DNA of 58,315 nucleotides, filler included, from Platydemus manokwari (Eukaryota), in NCBI GenBank assembly GCA_037951405.1. It is 6 parts of 6 records of this genome, joined end to end, with 100 filler letters (N's around TTAATTAATTAA, not from the genome) between each part and the next. Parts side by side here need not be neighbours in the genome. Positions count along the whole stretch, not along the records: positions 48,876 to 58,315 come from JBBMOY011249430.1; 5 more parts are not named here. One strand, 5' to 3'. The notes beneath the pieces are model-generated. The model was not told where the DNA came from and searched no databases. It saw only the letters and a program-made list of their open reading frames with translations. Positions 53,650 to 58,315 of the stretch are shown here, piece after piece. Positions within the stretch are counted from its first letter, which is position 1, and every line of letters begins with the position of its first letter. Both the position numbers and the translations under genes were made by a program.

Positions 53650-53700
53650 TTCGGTGACCCTTTTAAAAATGCTTGCCGACCTCGGGGTTGAGAACCACTG
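53650..53700 (-). mobile_element. hAT (Charlie-like) terminal fragment
   Basis: Reverse complement begins CAGTGGTTCTCAACC, a typical hAT-Charlie TIR; partner TIR not found. Confidence 0.5.
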
Positions 53701-54559
53701 CTCTAAACGATTTTTGTTGTGAATACGCAAACAATACACAGTGATGCGCTAAGCATTCCATTGGTTATTAGAAGATTTGTTTGATGCACGAAACGCATCC
53801 ATATTTCCGCATTTATCAAGCAGATTTAAAACGTACGCCTTAAACACAGCAAAATTGTGTTATTAGCAAATTTCAAAGGTCGAATTTAACATACATGTAG
53901 AACAACTTTTTGATAAAGTTTTAATTTTTGTCATGTTTTTCTTTCATTAGACGATATATATCCTATGTGTGTGAAGATGTATATAGCAAGAATAACTCCC
54001 ATCATATAATAATTCCTAATTAGAACAACTTATTCCTCAAATTATATATACAGGGTATTCACTGCAAGTCCTCCAAGCCTCATTTTGTAAAAATTTCCAA
54101 TTTCATATTAAATTTTCAAAATTCGCACAGTGAGAATTTTAAAATGAACTAAATTTATGAAATTGTAGCCGCTTAAATGGCGATCGGGCATCTGGATTTG
54201 ATTCTGAGAAGATCCATGACTGAAAATCATAGAGAAGGATGAAAATATTGAGAATTTATAAAGAAGAAATAAAGAAATTGTAGTGAAGAGATAAAGGAGA
54301 TACAAATAGGATATAAAGAAGATAGAAGAATTAGAGATATATAAATATGCAGAGTATTTGATACAGAGACGATCAAATATTTTAAAGGGGACGTGAGAAT
54401 TGTTAATTGAATTAAATTTTGAAAGATTTAATTTAAATTTTATTTAAAATTATATTGATTACCTTATATAATTGTATTTAAATAAATAATTTGTTGTCGT
54501 GATTTTACAGTTTCTTTTCGCTGAATACTTTATAAAATTAAAGCGGCTTATACCTATCA

Positions 54560-55000
54560 TTCTTATTAATATAAAGATAAAATAGCTTCTCAAGAGCTCT
54601 AGAACATGTTTCTCTACACAGGTCTTGAGCAACATCACTGAGTGTGTTGCAAATTATATTTTCTAATTAATCCAAGGCTTGTTGATGACTCTGATAGGCC
54701 ATTTCTTTTAAGCTTACGAAAAGCCGAAGATTTTGAAATTCTTACACGGAACTTATCACCTGTTTTATTCACAGCATTAGCAAGTGCATCAACGCATTAT
54801 CGTAACCTATCAACACTTGAATTGATATGGATCAATTTTGGTCAATATTCACAGTTGCTTAAAATTTATCAATTACAAAAATTTTATTTTGTGATCCATC
54901 TGTCTATCCTCAAAGTCTTCAAAAAGTCCAGCCATTTCCCGTTAGTTTATTGTTTTATAAAAATTCTTTACAATAAAGAATCGTCGTGTTTGAATTTGAG
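54560..55000 (-). mobile_element. Degenerate Tc1/mariner-like transposase fragment
   Basis: Minus frame LANAVNKTGDKFRVRISKSSAFRKLKRNGL, followed after a frameshift by PWIN*KI*FATH, resembles the second HTH and KP..RL.FA..H linker of Tc1 transposases. Confidence 0.4.
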
Positions 55001-56157
55001 CAGAAGCACTAATGAAACAATCAATAATGATAAAAATTCGAACTTTATAAACTAGTCATTATTTCAATACAGCAAATGTGATTTTGAAATATTCAATGAA
55101 TTCCTGCTTTTGAGTTCACTGTAAGCCGTTATACATGCGTTTGTGTATCTCTGTGTGTATTGGTAACTAAGGATAAAGCTTTGATAGCTAAAAACTTGTC
55201 CTTTGTGATTCATAAATAGAAATGATTGAAGTGAAAATATAAATTACAATGTACCGATAGATGATAGATCATGTAATGAATTTATCAATATTCTTTCACT
55301 CAAATATAATTCCACATTGTTAACCTAAAGTATTGATTAATACTTTTATCTTATTTATCTTCACACTTTCAGATTAAAAGCGAATGTATTGCAATTTATT
55401 TTCAAACTTCCGAACAATGTTTCGTTTATTTTCCATGCTTAAAGACAAGAATTGAGGTAATTTTACATTTTCTTCCTTACGCAATTCAATAATTCTCACA
55501 ACATCGATATTCGTTATTGAATTCATCAGAAACAGCAGGTATCACTTGCATTACATGAGATCCAGATTAACAATTCTTGCTAAAATTGATATCGCCAAAC
55601 GAAAACCCTCGGGATCTTTAATAACTTAGTATTACCAAGTGAGAAATTTTACAGCTGCTTATTAAAATAGGAATTTTAATTGGTGTATTAATAATTATGT
55701 GATATTGAACATCAACAGTTAAATAAGTCAACCCATTTTTAAAGTTTATGCGGTTATATGAAAACCAAACGATGGTGACCGGAATGTTCATTAGTATATA
55801 GTATTCGTTAGGCTTCAATCAAATTTATTATGAAAATCATGTTTATCCAAGCCGGTTAATGTGTGCAACAAAATAATTTTATAAATTATTGAAAAAAGGG
55901 CTTATAGAAATACAATCCAATCGAAAAACCGACTTCAAGTTCGAGAAACAAAGAATAAGGAAATAAGAAATTGTCATATACGATTCGATGTATTATTCGA
56001 AACTGGTAAGCAGATGAGTCAAGAAAATCAATCTATCAATGAATTGTCTGTTGGTGAGGCTGTGCTTTTCAGATCTTAAACGGAAAGATTTTTTGTATGA
56101 CATCTATAATAAATATGTTAATTCCAAAGTTTGTGGTCTTTATCAGTGAATTTTGGC

Positions 56158-56702
56158 TCATGAGATAATTTTACAACTTAATTTTATATATAATTGTGAT
56201 GTTTGATTTATTCGTATAATTCAGTTAATATCTCACTTTTTAGGATGTCTAATAATGACAAAACATAGTTTTAAAACCAAGTTCCCATTTTAGTCACAAC
56301 ACTTCTAAATTATCATTTGAATTTTTAAATATAAAATTTTTGATTATAAATCGAGTTTTTTAATTACAGACATGCTTAATAATATCATTGGTTATTTTTA
56401 TAAAATAATTGTAAAAATTTAAAGTATCTCTCAATTTGATTATAATGCTAAAGAAGGGCCTTCGCTAATTTTCAATAAAATGCAATCCGACCTACTTTGA
56501 TCCCTTTTTCACATTAGCAAATTTTGGTAGATTGAAGCTCTAGTGTATTTTATATTTTATTTCAACCAACTAAAATTCTTCTTAAATAATTAAATAAAAA
56601 ATTCAAAATGTTTTTAAAGAATATAATTAAATGAGCTATATACAATTTTGAAATGTACTCAAAAAATTTCAAATTTTATTTTAGGACCCCTTTTCTTAAC
56701 TT
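56158..56702. mobile_element. Second copy of the MITE at 50624-51090 (left end not resolved)
   Basis: Colinear similarity over ~500 bp, e.g. gatgtttgatttattcgtataattcagttaatatctcactt is identical. Confidence 0.78.
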
Positions 56703-58315
56703 TTGTCAAAAGTCCAAATCATCAATTGATAAATATGATTTGCCAAAAATTTATTATTGGCTTATTTAAACATCGGACTGATCTTCAAATTTAATGTGTT
56801 GCAGTGATAAAGTCAAATTAAACATTTATTATTATAATATTTTAAGATCTTTATTTATCTTTATATAATTTTAGATTATTGCTAAACTATGCAGCTCATT
56901 GTGTGTGAATTAACCAGTACTATAAACAACCAAAAAAATTTAATTAGAATGCAACATGATAAATATTTTAAAAATATTTTTACTCTATTTAAGTTGGTTT
57001 TGATTACAATCATTTTAAAAATAGATTGCATATTATTCAGATGTTTAGTATTTCATTATTTGAGATCAAACAAATTTAAAATGAAATGTCTAAAGTTTAC
57101 TGAGTGAAATATTAAAACGCTTGGCGGTTAAAATATTTTAAATAAATAATTTTATTCACTCAAATTTTCAAGAAAAAATCCCAACTAAATAATATTCATT
57201 TTAATTTATTGCAATGCAGCCACAATGAATATCAATTTCCACTTGATTTCGGTGACTTATATTTATAAAGATTAAAAGATAAATTTATTTTAAAATTTAT
57301 AAAAAATTTAACTAAATAATTGAAGTTCATTTATTTCGAAGATTTCACTTATCAGAGTTCATAAATTATTTCATTTGAATGTTTAGCTTGATTTAATAAA
57401 ATCACTCTTAAATAAAATTTATAATTTTATATTTATGGTTATGTTTTGCTTTAATAGAGTACAACTATTTTAATAATGGTTATATTTAACTGAAAACTAT
57501 TAATAACTTTAATAACAACATTTAGAGTAAGGAAACCGTGAATCCTAAAAGATAATTTAATATTATAGAAACATTTTGATATATGGAGTTCACTATGCTC
57601 TCTTTTTATTCGGTAAATTCGTTCCGCTAATCCTGGTTTTCAAAAACTTTGCCTCCAAAAACTAATATCTATGTAGTAATTCCAAAAATGTTTTCATCAA
57701 ATCGTTTGATAACCACATCATTATAAATCTTTAATTAAAATCGCAAAAACAAATAATAATTTCGTTTATGGTGGAATTCCAAAACTGAATAAAAGCAGTG
57801 AAAATAAAGGTTTATTCCAATCATTCATGAACGATAGGTAACGAAATATTATATTTTTGTAACAAATATGTTTGTCACAGATTTCTAAAACATTCTGGGT
57901 GATTGATAAAATCTTATCTAATTTTCGACCACAGATGATCGATTTCAAACGTATTTGAATAATAATTTATTAAAATTTTTGAGTACGAAATCCGACAAAA
58001 ATTTAATTTATTAATTTAAATTTTCACTTGATGAACCTGGATTGACTTTTAATTTATTTTTAACAAAATAATAGCAGCAAATATAACGAACAACACTTAT
58101 TCGGATTTGATTTTGAGAATGTTAATAGAAGAAAAATGTAATATATTAGGGTGAACCAAAAGTTCTTCCCGATTTTCTACATCATTTTTGTCCAATTGCT
58201 TTTTTACCAAATGAAGATGTTTTATATACATGTGTTAAATATATTTTTAAAGCTCTTGAGCTGCTTTATCATAATATACATTAAAACTTGTAATCAATCT
58301 TTACATACATTTTTA

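Noticed and set aside
54580-54700. Herpes gB-like helix EMAYQSHQQALD*LENIICNTLSDVAQDLC on the minus strand
   Set aside because: The adjacent frame fits a Tc1-type transposase HTH/linker better; resemblance probably coincidental.
54642-55055. 137-aa plus-strand ORF
   Set aside because: Non-ATG start and antisense to the decayed transposase-like fragment.

Overview
AT-rich, intron-containing animal genomic DNA. The composition, 40-90 bp introns and (ATT)n/(TA)n microsatellites are compatible with a flatworm such as a planarian, but that is inference only. The window is five-times interrupted by artificial 100-bp linkers (N44-TTAATTAATTAA-N44), so adjacency across them is uncertain. Genes reconstructed by hand from GT-AG boundaries: (1) complete STT3B-type oligosaccharyltransferase (-, 4 exons, ~807 aa); (2) complete ovo/shavenbaby-family C2H2 zinc-finger gene (-, 4 exons, ~240 aa) with an eh1-type motif; (3) divergent TMEM38/TRIC channel (+, 4 exons); (4) last two exons of a spartin/senescence-domain gene (-); (5) an intronless 428-aa orphan type I membrane protein with a Tyr-motif-rich tail, CROP/choline-binding-like beta-hairpin repeats and a PDZ ligand (-); (6) seven 3' exons of a tail-anchored, largely disordered protein (-). 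Between the genes lie two decayed copies of one Ty3/Gypsy family (one with a nested solo LTR), possible env-like relics, MITEs, Tc1/mariner, hAT and LINE fragments, and a decayed telomere-like tract. No prokaryotic-type system, CRISPR array or intact RNA gene was seen. All family assignments are from motif recognition; no searches were run.
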